This document shows positions 54,459 through 64,000 of a stretch of DNA of 64,000 nucleotides, in pieces. The position numbers and the translations under genes are program-made. The stretch is from sequence record ON190024.1; one strand, 5' to 3'. Each line of letters begins with the position of its first letter. Position 1 is the stretch's first letter. The notes under the pieces were generated by a model, which was not told the origin of the DNA, ran no database searches, and worked only from the letters and a program-made list of their open reading frames with translations.

Positions 54459-56474
54459 ATGACTCTTTTATCTCCGGGCATCGAAAATAAAGAGATTAAC
54501 CTTGCAAGTGCTATCGGTCGTGCGGCTACAGGTCGTGCGGCTATGGTGGGGAAATTTGAGTGGGGTCCAGCTTACAGCATCACTCAGGTAACTTCAGAGT
54601 CTGACTTGGTTACTATTTTCGGTCGTCCAAACGACTATACCGCAGCTTCATTCATGACTGCAAACAACTTCTTGAAGTATGGTAACGATCTGCGTTTGGT
54701 TCGTATCTGTGATGCAACAACTGCACAGAACGCGACTCCGCTGTACAACGCAGTTGAATACACTATCGGTGCTTCAAACGGTTGTGTTGTGGGTGATGAC
54801 ATTACAATCACTTACTCGGGCGTTGGTGCGCTAACTGCAAAGGGTAAAGTTCTAGAAGTTGACGCTGGTAACAACAACGCTGCATCGAAGATTTTCTTGC
54901 CTTCTGCTGAAATCGTCGCTGCTGCGAAAGCTGACGGGAACTACCCGAGTGTAGGTACTATCACACTTCAGCCAACTCAAGGTGACATTGCACTAACAAA
55001 CATTGAAATTATCGACACGGGTTCAGTTTACTTCCCTAACATCGAGCTTGCTTTTGATGCGTTGACAGCAATCGAAACTGAAGGCGGTGCGCTGAAATAC
55101 GCTGATCTAATCGAGAAGCAAGGTTTCCCACGTCTTTCTGCACGCTATGTAGGCGACTTTGGTGATGCAATCTCAGTAGAGATCATCAACTACGCTGATT
55201 ATCAGACTGCATTTGCATTCGCAGCGGGTCACACACTAGGCGACATCGAACTTCCAATCTACCCAGATGGCGGTACACGTTCGATCAACCTATCGAGCTA
55301 CTTCACATTCGGTCCGTCGAACAGCAATCAATACGCTGTAATCGTTCGTGTATCTGGTGAAGTTGAAGAAGCGTTCATCGTTTCGACTAACCCAGGCGAC
55401 AAAGACGTAAACGGTCAATCAATCTTCATTGATGAGTACTTTGAGAACAGTGGGTCGGCTTACATCACTGCTATCGCAGAGGGATGGAAACCTGAATCTG
55501 GTGCGTACAACTTCGGTGGTGGCTCAGATGCTAACGCAGGTGCTGACGATTGGATGTTCGGTCTAGACATGCTATCTGACCCAGAAATGCTTTACACTAA
55601 CCTAGTTATTGCGGGTAACGCGGCGGCTGAAGAAGTTTCAATTGCTTCAACTGTTCAGAAATACGCGATTGACTCAGTTGGTAACGTTCGTCAAGACTGT
55701 GTGGTATTCGTATCTCCGCCTCAGTCACTGATTGTTAACAAGCAAGCAGGCACTGCGGTAGCGAATATTCAAGGCTGGCGTACGGGCATCGACCCTACGA
55801 ATGGTCAAGCAGTAGTTGACAATCTAAACGTAAGCACAACTTACGCAGTGATTGACGGCAACTATAAGTATCAATACGACAAGTACAACGACCGCAATCG
55901 CTGGGTTCCACTAGCAGGTGATATTGCTGGTCTATGTGCGTACACTGATCAAGTCTCACAACCTTGGATGTCGCCAGCGGGCTTCAACCGCGGTCAGATC
56001 AAGGGCGTAAACCGTCTGGCAGTAGACTTGCGTCGTGCGCATCGTGATGCACTGTATCAAATCGGTATCAACCCTGTAGTCGGATTTGCTGGTCAAGGTT
56101 TCGTACTGTACGGTGATAAGACTGCTACACAGCAAGCAAGTGCATTTGACCGCATCAACGTGCGTCGTCTGTTCAACTTGCTGAAGAAAGCAATCTCAGA
56201 CGCTGCTAAGTACCGCCTATTTGAATTGAACGATGAGTTCACACGCTCAAGCTTCAAGTCAGAGATCGACGCTTACTTGACTAACATTCAAGATCTAGGT
56301 GGCATATACGACTTCCGCGTTGTGTGTGATGAGACTAACAACCCTGGCTCTGTCATCGACAGAAACGAGTTTGTGGCAAGTATCTACGTGAAACCTGCTA
56401 AGTCAATCAACTTCATTACGCTGAACTTCGTAGCAACGTCAACTGACGCTGACTTCGCAGAAATCATCGGTTAA
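54459..56474 (+). CDS. 18: tail sheath protein
   Basis: MTLLSPGIE, PWMSPAGFNRG, FDRINVRRLF. Confidence 0.97.
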   Translation: MTLLSPGIENKEINLASAIGRAATGRAAMVGKFEWGPAYSITQVTSESDLVTIFGRPNDYTAASFMTANNFLKYGNDLRLVRICDATTAQNATPLYNAVEYTIGASNGCVVGDDITITYSGVGALTAKGKVLEVDAGNNNAASKIFLPSAEIVAAAKADGNYPSVGTITLQPTQGDIALTNIEIIDTGSVYFPNIELAFDALTAIETEGGALKYADLIEKQGFPRLSARYVGDFGDAISVEIINYADYQTAFAFAAGHTLGDIELPIYPDGGTRSINLSSYFTFGPSNSNQYAVIVRVSGEVEEAFIVSTNPGDKDVNGQSIFIDEYFENSGSAYITAIAEGWKPESGAYNFGGGSDANAGADDWMFGLDMLSDPEMLYTNLVIAGNAAAEEVSIASTVQKYAIDSVGNVRQDCVVFVSPPQSLIVNKQAGTAVANIQGWRTGIDPTNGQAVVDNLNVSTTYAVIDGNYKYQYDKYNDRNRWVPLAGDIAGLCAYTDQVSQPWMSPAGFNRGQIKGVNRLAVDLRRAHRDALYQIGINPVVGFAGQGFVLYGDKTATQQASAFDRINVRRLFNLLKKAISDAAKYRLFELNDEFTRSSFKSEIDAYLTNIQDLGGIYDFRVVCDETNNPGSVIDRNEFVASIYVKPAKSINFITLNFVATSTDADFAEIIG

Positions 56475-56524
56475 GAGCAATCACGAGGGGCTAAAAAGCC
56501 CCTCTAAATAAAAGGTAAGAGAAA

Positions 56525-57025
56525 ATGGCACTTAATGTAGACAACATTAAAAGAGCTTTCAGCAACGGTGATTTCGCTCGTCCTAACTTGTTCGAAGTTG
56601 AGATTCCGTATCTGGGACAGAACTTTAAATTTCAATGTCGCGCCTCTTCAATGCCGCCGGGCAGTGTTGAGAAAGTGGAAGTTTCATATCAAAACCGTAA
56701 GTACAACATTGCGGGCGACCGTACGTTCGACGATTGGAACGTTACTGTGTACAACGATGAGACTCACGACATTCGCAAGGCAATTATGGCATGGCAAGCG
56801 CGTGCTGTAGGCTTAGGCAAAGACATTTCAGGTGAAACGCCTGACCAGTACAAACGTACTGGTACAATCACACAGTTAGACCGTAACGGTGATCCGACTA
56901 CTTCGGCAACTGTATACGGAATTTTCCCAACTGTGGTGGGTGAAGTTGCGCTTGACTGGGACTCAAACAACGAGATCGAAACGTTTGAAGTAACATTCAG
57001 CCTTGATTACTTCACATTAGATTAA
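56525..57025 (+). CDS. 19: tail tube protein
   Basis: ARPNLFEVEI, AGDRTFDDWNVTV, LDWDSNNEIETFEVTF. Confidence 0.96.
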   Translation: MALNVDNIKRAFSNGDFARPNLFEVEIPYLGQNFKFQCRASSMPPGSVEKVEVSYQNRKYNIAGDRTFDDWNVTVYNDETHDIRKAIMAWQARAVGLGKDISGETPDQYKRTGTITQLDRNGDPTTSATVYGIFPTVVGEVALDWDSNNEIETFEVTFSLDYFTLD

Positions 57026-57064
57026 GAACAATAGGGGCGTTCAGCCCCTTTATTGAGGTAAAAT

Positions 57065-58612
57065 ATGTTAGAGTTTATGAAATTCTGGACAAAAGAAGAA
57101 GAGCAGGACATTCAAAAAATCGAGAAAAACCCTGTCCGTTCGTTTTCTGCGCCAGATAACGTAGATGGTGCTAAAGAGATTCATACTAACTTATTAGCAC
57201 CTCAACTTGGTCATGCAATTATCCCGTCGGATGCTCAATCGGAAGGGACGATTCCGGTTAAGGAACTAATCAAGAGCTATCGTGCTCTAGCAGAATATCA
57301 CGAAGTCGATGATGCGATTCAAGAAATCGTCGATGAAGCAATCGTTTATGAAAACGATAAAGAAGTTGTGTGGTTGAACTTAGACAACACCGACTTTTCA
57401 GAAAATATCAAAGCTAAGATCAATGAAGAATTTGACCGCGTTGTAAGCTTGCTTCAAATGCGCAAACATGGTTACAAGTGGTTTAGAAAGTGGTATGTTG
57501 ACTCTCGAATCTATTTCCACAAAATCTTAGACAAAGATAACAACATTATCGAATTGCGCCCGCTAAACCCGATGAAAATGGAGCTAGTGCGCGAGATTCA
57601 GAAAGAAACTATTGATGGCGTAGAAGTTGTAAAAGGAACGCTTGAGTATTACGTTTACAAGCAGTCTGATTACAAAATGCCGTCATGGATGAGCGCAACA
57701 AACCGTGCTCAGACATCATTCAGAATTCCAAAAGATGCAATTGTTTTCGCTCACAGCGGATTAATGCGCGGCTGTGCCGATGACCCGTACATTATCGGTT
57801 ATCTTGATCGTGCTATCAAGCCAGCAAACCAGTTGAAGATGCTAGAAGATGCGTTGGTAATCTATCGTCTAGCACGTGCTCCTGAACGTCGCGTATTCTA
57901 TGTTGACGTTGGTAACTTGCCGACTCAGAAAGCACAGCAATACGTAAATGGTATCATGCAAAACGTTAAAAATCGCGTTGTGTACGACACACAGACTGGT
58001 CAAGTTAAAAATACGACTAATGCAATGTCGATGCTTGAAGACTACTACCTACCACGCCGAGAAGGTTCGAAGGGTACTGAGGTAAGCACACTACCTGGCG
58101 GTCAGTCGCTTGGAGACATCGAAGACGTATTGTACTTCAACCGTAAGTTGTATAAAGCAATGCGAATTCCGACATCACGTGCAGCGTCTGAAGATCAGAC
58201 GGGCGGTATTAACTTCGGTCAGGGTGCAGAAATCACACGTGACGAATTGAAGTTTACTAAATTCGTGAAGCGTTTGCAAACAAAATTCGAAACTGTAATT
58301 ACCGATCCGCTTAAACATCAGTTGATTGTAAATAATATCATAACTGAAGAAGAGTGGGATGCTAATCATGAAAAACTTTACGTTGTATTCAACCAAGACT
58401 CATATTTTGAAGAGGCTAAGGAATTAGAGATTCTAAATAGTCGTATGAACGCAATGCGTGACATTCAAGATTATGCTGGGAAATATTACAGTCATAAATA
58501 CATTCAGAAAAACATTTTACGTTTGTCTGACGATCAGATCACTGCAATGCAGAGCGAAATTGATGAAGAAGAGACAAACCCACGATTCCAACAAGACGAT
58601 CAAGGATTTTAG
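57065..58612 (+). CDS. 20: portal protein
   Basis: KPANQLKMLEDALVIYRLARAPERRVFY, EITRDELKF. Confidence 0.97.
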   Translation: MLEFMKFWTKEEEQDIQKIEKNPVRSFSAPDNVDGAKEIHTNLLAPQLGHAIIPSDAQSEGTIPVKELIKSYRALAEYHEVDDAIQEIVDEAIVYENDKEVVWLNLDNTDFSENIKAKINEEFDRVVSLLQMRKHGYKWFRKWYVDSRIYFHKILDKDNNIIELRPLNPMKMELVREIQKETIDGVEVVKGTLEYYVYKQSDYKMPSWMSATNRAQTSFRIPKDAIVFAHSGLMRGCADDPYIIGYLDRAIKPANQLKMLEDALVIYRLARAPERRVFYVDVGNLPTQKAQQYVNGIMQNVKNRVVYDTQTGQVKNTTNAMSMLEDYYLPRREGSKGTEVSTLPGGQSLGDIEDVLYFNRKLYKAMRIPTSRAASEDQTGGINFGQGAEITRDELKFTKFVKRLQTKFETVITDPLKHQLIVNNIITEEEWDANHEKLYVVFNQDSYFEEAKELEILNSRMNAMRDIQDYAGKYYSHKYIQKNILRLSDDQITAMQSEIDEEETNPRFQQDDQGF

Positions 58613-58624
58613 AGGTAGCAGATT

Positions 58625-58792
58625 ATGAGCTTAGAAACAATGGTAGCAGCGGCACGCGACGGTAAACTAGCAGATTTTGAAGCGCAATTCCGCCAAGAAA
58701 TCGGGCAACGTGTAGCGGCTCGCATTGACGACATGAAGCAAGAGCTTGGTCGCTCAATCAAAGTAGACGGTGAAATCAATCAGGAGGACTAA
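58625..58792 (+). CDS. 67: prohead core protein gp67 (55 aa)
   Basis: Manual translation MSLETMVAAARDGKLADFEAQF...; position between 20 and 68. Confidence 0.7.
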   Translation: MSLETMVAAARDGKLADFEAQFRQEIGQRVAARIDDMKQELGRSIKVDGEINQED

Positions 58793-59283
58793 TGAAGTTC
58801 ATTTCCGAAGCCGTACAAGAGAAAATGGTTGAAGACTTGGTTGAAGCAGTACTTGGCGGTCATCTTGATCGTCAAGATATTAGCGACACAATCAAGGCGT
58901 TCGCCGAAGCTGAAGACATCGGCGTACACAGCAATAAAGACATCACAGATGAAGTCAATGTTGTTCTTGACGTGCTGAGTTCTCTTGAAAACGGATCAAC
59001 ATTTGAAGAAGCATGTGCAGAGTTCAATCTGTCTGAAAAACTGGTTAAGCAAGTATCGGTAGCTAATCAGAAAGCGGGCGAGCCTCTGATCTCTAAGCGC
59101 ATCGACCGAAAAACTGCCTCACGAAAAGCGACGCAGACAACTGGTCTAAGTAAATCGAAGAGACAAAAAACGGCTCGCAAAGCAGCTAAAACGCGCAGAC
59201 GCCAAAAGGGCACAAGTGCAGAGCGAAAAGCTAATAAGTTGCGTAAAAAATCGCTGAAGAAGCGTAAGCAAATGGGGCTTTAA
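58792..59283 (+). CDS. 68: prohead core protein gp68
   Basis: Basic C-terminus RKATQTTGLSKSKR...RKKSLKKR. Confidence 0.85.
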   Translation: MKFISEAVQEKMVEDLVEAVLGGHLDRQDISDTIKAFAEAEDIGVHSNKDITDEVNVVLDVLSSLENGSTFEEACAEFNLSEKLVKQVSVANQKAGEPLISKRIDRKTASRKATQTTGLSKSKRQKTARKAAKTRRRQKGTSAERKANKLRKKSLKKRKQMGL

Positions 59284-59285
59284 TT

Positions 59286-59927
59286 ATGGAATTACAACTC
59301 TTAATTGAAGACTGGGGCGTATCGAGCTATGCAACTGCTGAGACTGGCGAAAAGCCGCTTGTTGAAGCGAAAATGCCCGCTGAAAAGGGCGGTGACTTGT
59401 ACATTGAGGGTATTTTCATGCAATCGAATGTCGTGAACCGTAATGGTCGCAGATATCCGAAAAAAGTCATGGAAAATGCCGTATCTAAATACATTCAAGA
59501 GCAAGTCAAGACGAATCAAGCGTTGGGCGAGCTTAATCACCCTAGCCGTTCAAACGTCGATCCTGCTGAAGCTGCAATTCGTATTACTGAGTTGTGGTGG
59601 GATGGCGATAACGTAATGGGAAAAGCAATCGTACTAAATACTCCGAAGGGACAAATCGTACGCGGTCTAATCGAAGGCGGTTGGGTTCCGGGCGTAAGTT
59701 CACGAGGTCTTGGTTCAGTTAAGCAAGTTGACGGGATCAACGAAGTACAAGACTTTCGTCTTACAGTTGGTGTAGATGTAGTGTGGGGTCCGAGTGCGCC
59801 TGCTGCATACGTTAAGCCAGTAACTGAGTCAAATGAAGCTGCTAAATCAGTAAAAACAGAAGAAATTACAGAAAGTAATGACGCTGAGTTTGCGAAACTA
59901 GCGGAAACGTTAAAAACTCTCTTATAA
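59286..59927 (+). CDS. 21: prohead protease
   Basis: YIEGIFMQ, NRNGRRYP, ALGELNHP, GVSSRGLGS. Confidence 0.96.
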   Translation: MELQLLIEDWGVSSYATAETGEKPLVEAKMPAEKGGDLYIEGIFMQSNVVNRNGRRYPKKVMENAVSKYIQEQVKTNQALGELNHPSRSNVDPAEAAIRITELWWDGDNVMGKAIVLNTPKGQIVRGLIEGGWVPGVSSRGLGSVKQVDGINEVQDFRLTVGVDVVWGPSAPAAYVKPVTESNEAAKSVKTEEITESNDAEFAKLAETLKTLL

Positions 59928-59930
59928 ATA
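59923..59930 (+). promoter_or_regulatory. late promoter TATAAATA (gene 22)
   Basis: Exact consensus. Confidence 0.75.
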
Positions 59931-59959
59931 TATAAAACATATTTAAGGAATTGAAGAAG

Positions 59960-60802
59960 ATGCAAATCAAAGAGCAACTACTTGAAGCGGTATCAAAAGA
60001 CGATACTAAAATCACTACTGCTTTGGATGGCATTTTTGAATCAGTTGAACTTTCCGAAGATGTTCGTAATAAGTTCAGCACTGTTTTCGAAAGTGTAATC
60101 AAGACTAAAGCCGTTGAGCTTGCTGAAGCACATATTGCTGAAGCTGCTGAAAAGGCTGAAGCAGTAATCAACGAACACAAAGAAGAGCTAAATGAAGCTG
60201 CTGAAAAATACGGCGAACATCTAGCAGAGCAAATGGCGAACAAACTTGATTCATACCTAGATCACGTTGTTGAAGCTTGGATGGCTGAAAACAAACTAGC
60301 GGTTGAAAATGGTCTGAAAGTTTCTATGTTCGACGGCTTGATGGAAGGCATGAAAAATGTATTCATCGAGAACAACGTTCACTGCCCAGACGAGAAGATC
60401 GACATGATCGAAGCTCTTGAAGAAAACATTCAAGATCTTGAAAGCCGTCTAGACGCAGTTATCGTCGAAAACCGCCAACACAAAGAATACGCTAACTACG
60501 TAGAGAAAAACATCATCATCGAGCGCGTGACTGCTGGTATGGCTGAATCTCAAAAAGAGAAAGTTGCTGACCTAGCCGAGTCAATCCGCTTCGACGAGAA
60601 CTTTGAAGACAATCTAAATAGTGTTATCAAGTTCGCTTCTGGTATCAAGCTTGCTGAAAAAGAAGATATGGAAGACGACAAGAAGCCGGCTGAGAAAAAA
60701 GACGGTGAAGACGACGCTGAGAAGAAAGACGACAAAGAAATGAAAGAATCCGCAGTACCATCTATGGCTGCATACTTGAAAGCTGCTCGTACTACTCGAT
60801 AA
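59960..60802 (+). CDS. 22: prohead scaffold protein
   Basis: YLDHVVEAWMAENKLAVENGLK, acidic coiled coil. Confidence 0.92.
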   Translation: MQIKEQLLEAVSKDDTKITTALDGIFESVELSEDVRNKFSTVFESVIKTKAVELAEAHIAEAAEKAEAVINEHKEELNEAAEKYGEHLAEQMANKLDSYLDHVVEAWMAENKLAVENGLKVSMFDGLMEGMKNVFIENNVHCPDEKIDMIEALEENIQDLESRLDAVIVENRQHKEYANYVEKNIIIERVTAGMAESQKEKVADLAESIRFDENFEDNLNSVIKFASGIKLAEKEDMEDDKKPAEKKDGEDDAEKKDDKEMKESAVPSMAAYLKAARTTR

Positions 60803-60826
60803 GCAATAAAACGTGATTTCACGTTA

Positions 60827-60834
60827 TATAAATA
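60827..60834 (+). promoter_or_regulatory. late promoter TATAAATA (gene 23)
   Basis: Exact consensus. Confidence 0.8.
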
Positions 60835-60872
60835 CTTTTGTAAATTTTAGAATTAATTAAGGAATCATTCAA

Positions 60873-62417
60873 ATGAACCTAACTGAAAAATGGAAAGACT
60901 TGCTTGAAGCAGAAGGTGCGGATATGCCAGAGATTGCAACTGCAACTAAGCAAAAAATCATGTCGAAAATCTTTGAAAACCAAGATCGCGACATCAACAA
61001 CGATCCGATGTATCGTGACCCGCAACTAGTTGAAGCATTCAACGCTGGTCTTAACGAAGCTGTAGTTAACGGCGACCACGGTTACGATCCTGCGAATATC
61101 GCACAAGGCGTTACTACTGGTGCAGTAACTAACATCGGTCCTACCGTAATGGGTATGGTACGTCGTGCTATTCCACAGCTTATCGCTTTCGATATTGCTG
61201 GTGTTCAGCCAATGACTGGTCCAACTAGCCAAGTATTCACGCTTCGCTCAGTATACGGTAAAGATCCTCTAACTGGCGCAGAAGCATTCCATCCGACTCG
61301 TCAAGCTGACGCTTCGTTCTCTGGTCAAGCTGCTGCATCGACAATTGCAGACTTCCCAACTACTGGTGCTGCAACTGACGGTACTCCGTACAAAGCTGAA
61401 GTAACTACTTCTGGTGGCGACGTTTCAATGCGTTACTTCCTAGCACTAGGCGCTGTTACTCTAGCAGTAGCTGGTCAAATGACTGCAACTGAATACACTG
61501 ACGGTGTTGCGGGTGGTCTGCTTGTTGAAATCGACGCTGGTATGGCAACTTCTCAGGCTGAACTACAAGAGAACTTCAACGGTTCAAGCAACAACGAGTG
61601 GAACGAAATGTCATTCCGCATCGACAAACAAGTTGTTGAAGCGAAATCTCGTCAATTGAAAGCTCAATACTCAATCGAGCTTGCGCAAGACCTACGTGCT
61701 GTACACGGTCTAGACGCTGACGCTGAACTGAGCGGTATCCTAGCTAACGAAGTAATGGTTGAACTGAACCGTGAAATCGTTAACCTAGTTAACTCTCAAG
61801 CTCAAATCGGTAAGTCTGGCTGGACTCAAGGCGCAGGTGCTGCTGGTGTGTTTGACTTCTCAGACGCAGTAGACGTGAAAGGCGCTCGTTGGGCTGGTGA
61901 AGCTTACAAAGCTCTATTGATCCAAATCGAAAAAGAAGCGAACGAAATCGGTCGTCAAACTGGTCGTGGTAACGGTAACTTCATCATTGCATCACGCAAC
62001 GTAGTTTCTGCACTATCAATGACTGATACTCTTGTTGGCCCTGCTGCACAAGGTATGCAAGACGGTTCAATGAACACTGACACTAACCAAACTGTGTTCG
62101 CGGGTGTTCTAGGTGGTCGCTTCAAAGTGTACATCGACCAATACGCAGTGAACGATTACTTCACAGTTGGTTTCAAAGGTTCGACTGAAATGGACGCTGG
62201 TGTGTTCTACTCACCTTACGTACCGCTGACTCCACTACGTGGTTCAGACAGCAAGAACTTCCAACCAGTAATCGGGTTCAAGACTCGTTACGGTGTGCAA
62301 GTTAACCCATTCGCAGATCCAACTGCTTCGGCAACTAAAGTTGGTAACGGTGCTCCAGTCGCTGCATCAATGGGCAAAAACGCTTACTTCCGTCGCGTAT
62401 TCGTTAAGGGTCTGTAA
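60873..62417 (+). CDS. 23: major capsid protein
   Basis: RRAIPQLIAFDIAGVQPMTGPT, KSRQLKAQYSIELAQDLRAVHG, FQPVIGFKTRYG. Confidence 0.98.
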   Translation: MNLTEKWKDLLEAEGADMPEIATATKQKIMSKIFENQDRDINNDPMYRDPQLVEAFNAGLNEAVVNGDHGYDPANIAQGVTTGAVTNIGPTVMGMVRRAIPQLIAFDIAGVQPMTGPTSQVFTLRSVYGKDPLTGAEAFHPTRQADASFSGQAAASTIADFPTTGAATDGTPYKAEVTTSGGDVSMRYFLALGAVTLAVAGQMTATEYTDGVAGGLLVEIDAGMATSQAELQENFNGSSNNEWNEMSFRIDKQVVEAKSRQLKAQYSIELAQDLRAVHGLDADAELSGILANEVMVELNREIVNLVNSQAQIGKSGWTQGAGAAGVFDFSDAVDVKGARWAGEAYKALLIQIEKEANEIGRQTGRGNGNFIIASRNVVSALSMTDTLVGPAAQGMQDGSMNTDTNQTVFAGVLGGRFKVYIDQYAVNDYFTVGFKGSTEMDAGVFYSPYVPLTPLRGSDSKNFQPVIGFKTRYGVQVNPFADPTASATKVGNGAPVAASMGKNAYFRRVFVKGL

Positions 62418-62442
62418 TAGACTCTTAATTGAAACAGACAAC

Positions 62443-62470
62443 AAAGGGGACTCTTCGGAGTCCCTTTTTG
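62443..62470. terminator. bidirectional terminator
   Basis: AAAGGGGACTC-TTCG-GAGTCCCTTTTT. Confidence 0.88.
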
Positions 62471-62473
62471 CGT

Positions 62474-63571
62474 TTATAGACTATGCAAATAATTGTAGGC
62501 GATACTGACTCGCTTATCTTCTAGAGCTTCGCCGTATGCAGGTCCCGGCTCAACGTCAACTTTGACATTTCGGGTTAGTTCAATTAACTCAATAAGCATT
62601 TTACGCTTCACTTCATCTTTTACTTGCGATAATGCAACTTCGAACGGTAGACCTTCTTTGTATGCACCTAGCTTACGTAAAACAATGACAATCGTTTCAT
62701 CAAATGCATTAGCAACGTTTAGACTCATCAAGATCTCAGATGCTTTATCAAATTGCTTAGTCGCACCGAATTTTCGAGTGTAACGATTACGATGGTCGAA
62801 TGATGCCCATTTAGCAATTAGCTGCACGTCTTCACACTTGAAAGGCATACGATTGTAGAACTTCAATTCAAGCAATTCGCGTGCGCTAGGTACTGCACAG
62901 AACCCAATTTGACCTAAAAATGCGAAGTACATGTGCGCGTCTTTCTCAGACAGTGCTTTTTGAGTCTCTAGCCACACACGTTCTTTAGGTAGATTCTCAA
63001 GCATGCCGTCATTGATCATTTTCTTGCATAGCTCAATCGTTTCTTCTGCGACTGTAAATCCCATGCTGTAGTAACGAGCATAGAAACGAGCAACACGCAG
63101 AACACGCAATGGATCTTCAGCAAATGCTTCAGTCGTGTGACGAAGAATCTTGTTTTTTAAGTCATCTAGACCCCCGTACGGGTCGATGACATCATCAGTC
63201 GAGCCCCACATAAACAGACTATTTGGTGTCATGTCTGGTATAGCCATTGAGTTGATAGTCAAATCTCGACGAGATAAGTCGTCTTCTAACGTAACACCGT
63301 CAGTCGTGAAAGTGAAGTCAGTAGTTTTGCCGCCAGTACTGCGTTCAACACGCGCAAGCGCGACTTCATTGCCGTCTTTATCGAGCCAAACAGGGAAATC
63401 AGCGCCGATTGGTTCACCGTACATAGTCATCATTTGCTCATGCGTACAACCGGTTACGACGTAATCAATGTCTTTCGGGAATCTAGACCAACCCTCGACG
63501 TGTTTCAGAATAGAGTCGCGTACTGCGCCACCGACAATGTATTTTTTCATCAAGTTAAGATTCGCTTTCAT
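62474..63571 (-). CDS. cca: tRNA nucleotidyltransferase (CCA-adding enzyme)
   Basis: YIVGGAVRD, DIDYVV, DLSRRDLTINSMA, EDPLRVLRVARF. Confidence 0.92.
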   Translation of the reverse strand: MKANLNLMKKYIVGGAVRDSILKHVEGWSRFPKDIDYVVTGCTHEQMMTMYGEPIGADFPVWLDKDGNEVALARVERSTGGKTTDFTFTTDGVTLEDDLSRRDLTINSMAIPDMTPNSLFMWGSTDDVIDPYGGLDDLKNKILRHTTEAFAEDPLRVLRVARFYARYYSMGFTVAEETIELCKKMINDGMLENLPKERVWLETQKALSEKDAHMYFAFLGQIGFCAVPSARELLELKFYNRMPFKCEDVQLIAKWASFDHRNRYTRKFGATKQFDKASEILMSLNVANAFDETIVIVLRKLGAYKEGLPFEVALSQVKDEVKRKMLIELIELTRNVKVDVEPGPAYGEALEDKRVSIAYNYLHSL

Positions 63572-63593
63572 TGTGTTCTCCTTTTGAACCTAT

Positions 63594-63622
63594 ACAGTAC
63601 ATGACTAAATAATATAAGTCAA
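63594..63622 (-). promoter_or_regulatory. early promoter for cca
   Basis: TTGACT-17 nt-TACTGT. Confidence 0.6.
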
Positions 63623-63630
63623 CCAGATTT

Positions 63631-63984
63631 ATGGGAAGATTTATGGAATACACAAAATACGAGATTCAGAAATATCGTAGTCGTCGAAGTCATGGCATAA
63701 ATCTGCCAGATTACAACGGAGCGATATACATCGACTTGCAAAGTAGCCCGTGTGGGTCTGATAGCAATTACTTTGCTGTACTGAACAGCGAAGAGCAAAT
63801 CGCAGTTGAGATTGCATTTGGCGGGTATTACAACGAAACTGAGGGTGATAGAGACCCTATACCAGAAGATACCGATTTTCATTTGATTGGTTCTCAGGGT
63901 CATTATGAAGCTCAGGGGCGAATGTTTAATAGCAACTTGCGCGTATGGCTGCGAGGGGCAGGTAAAATCACTATAATTTACTAA
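63631..63984 (+). CDS. hypothetical late protein
   Basis: 117-aa ORF with TAAATA upstream. Confidence 0.65.
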   Translation: MGRFMEYTKYEIQKYRSRRSHGINLPDYNGAIYIDLQSSPCGSDSNYFAVLNSEEQIAVEIAFGGYYNETEGDRDPIPEDTDFHLIGSQGHYEAQGRMFNSNLRVWLRGAGKITIIY

Positions 63985-64000
63985 GGGAATACTATGTCAA

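Overview
64 kb of a large T4-like myovirus genome. It is most similar to the KVP40-like vibriophages (Schizotequatrovirus-type), judged from gene order, the 514-aa gp23, the lysozyme-less gp5, the CCA-adding enzyme and the large tRNA cluster. Layout: (1) 1-3.8 kb, two paralogous long-tail-fibre genes. (2) 3.8-9.2 kb, an RNA-repair-like early cassette (RNaseH-like, DUF2828 TROVE/Ro60-like vWA protein, cyclic-phosphate-processing receiver-like protein) plus small late genes resembling internal head proteins. (3) 9.2-18.6 kb, a minus-strand stable-RNA locus with 28 tRNAs covering all 20 amino acids, interleaved with many structured non-coding elements. (4) 18.6-62.4 kb, the T4 core virion module (57B/57A/1/3/29/51/26/54/2/4/48/53/27/5/5.1/5.4/25/6-12/wac/13-23). 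(5) A tRNA nucleotidyltransferase. Main discovery candidate: ten minus-strand elements share a helix-anchored motif in fixed register, (A)G-N8-C[A/T/G]GCA(A). Four are tRNA-shaped RNAs with an insertion in the anticodon arm, two are paralogous 214/246-nt RNAs, three are small end-paired RNAs, and one is the 5' UTR of the Ro60-like gene. This suggests a phage Ro60-like/Y-like RNP system with autoregulation. All structures were read by eye; nothing was computed or searched.
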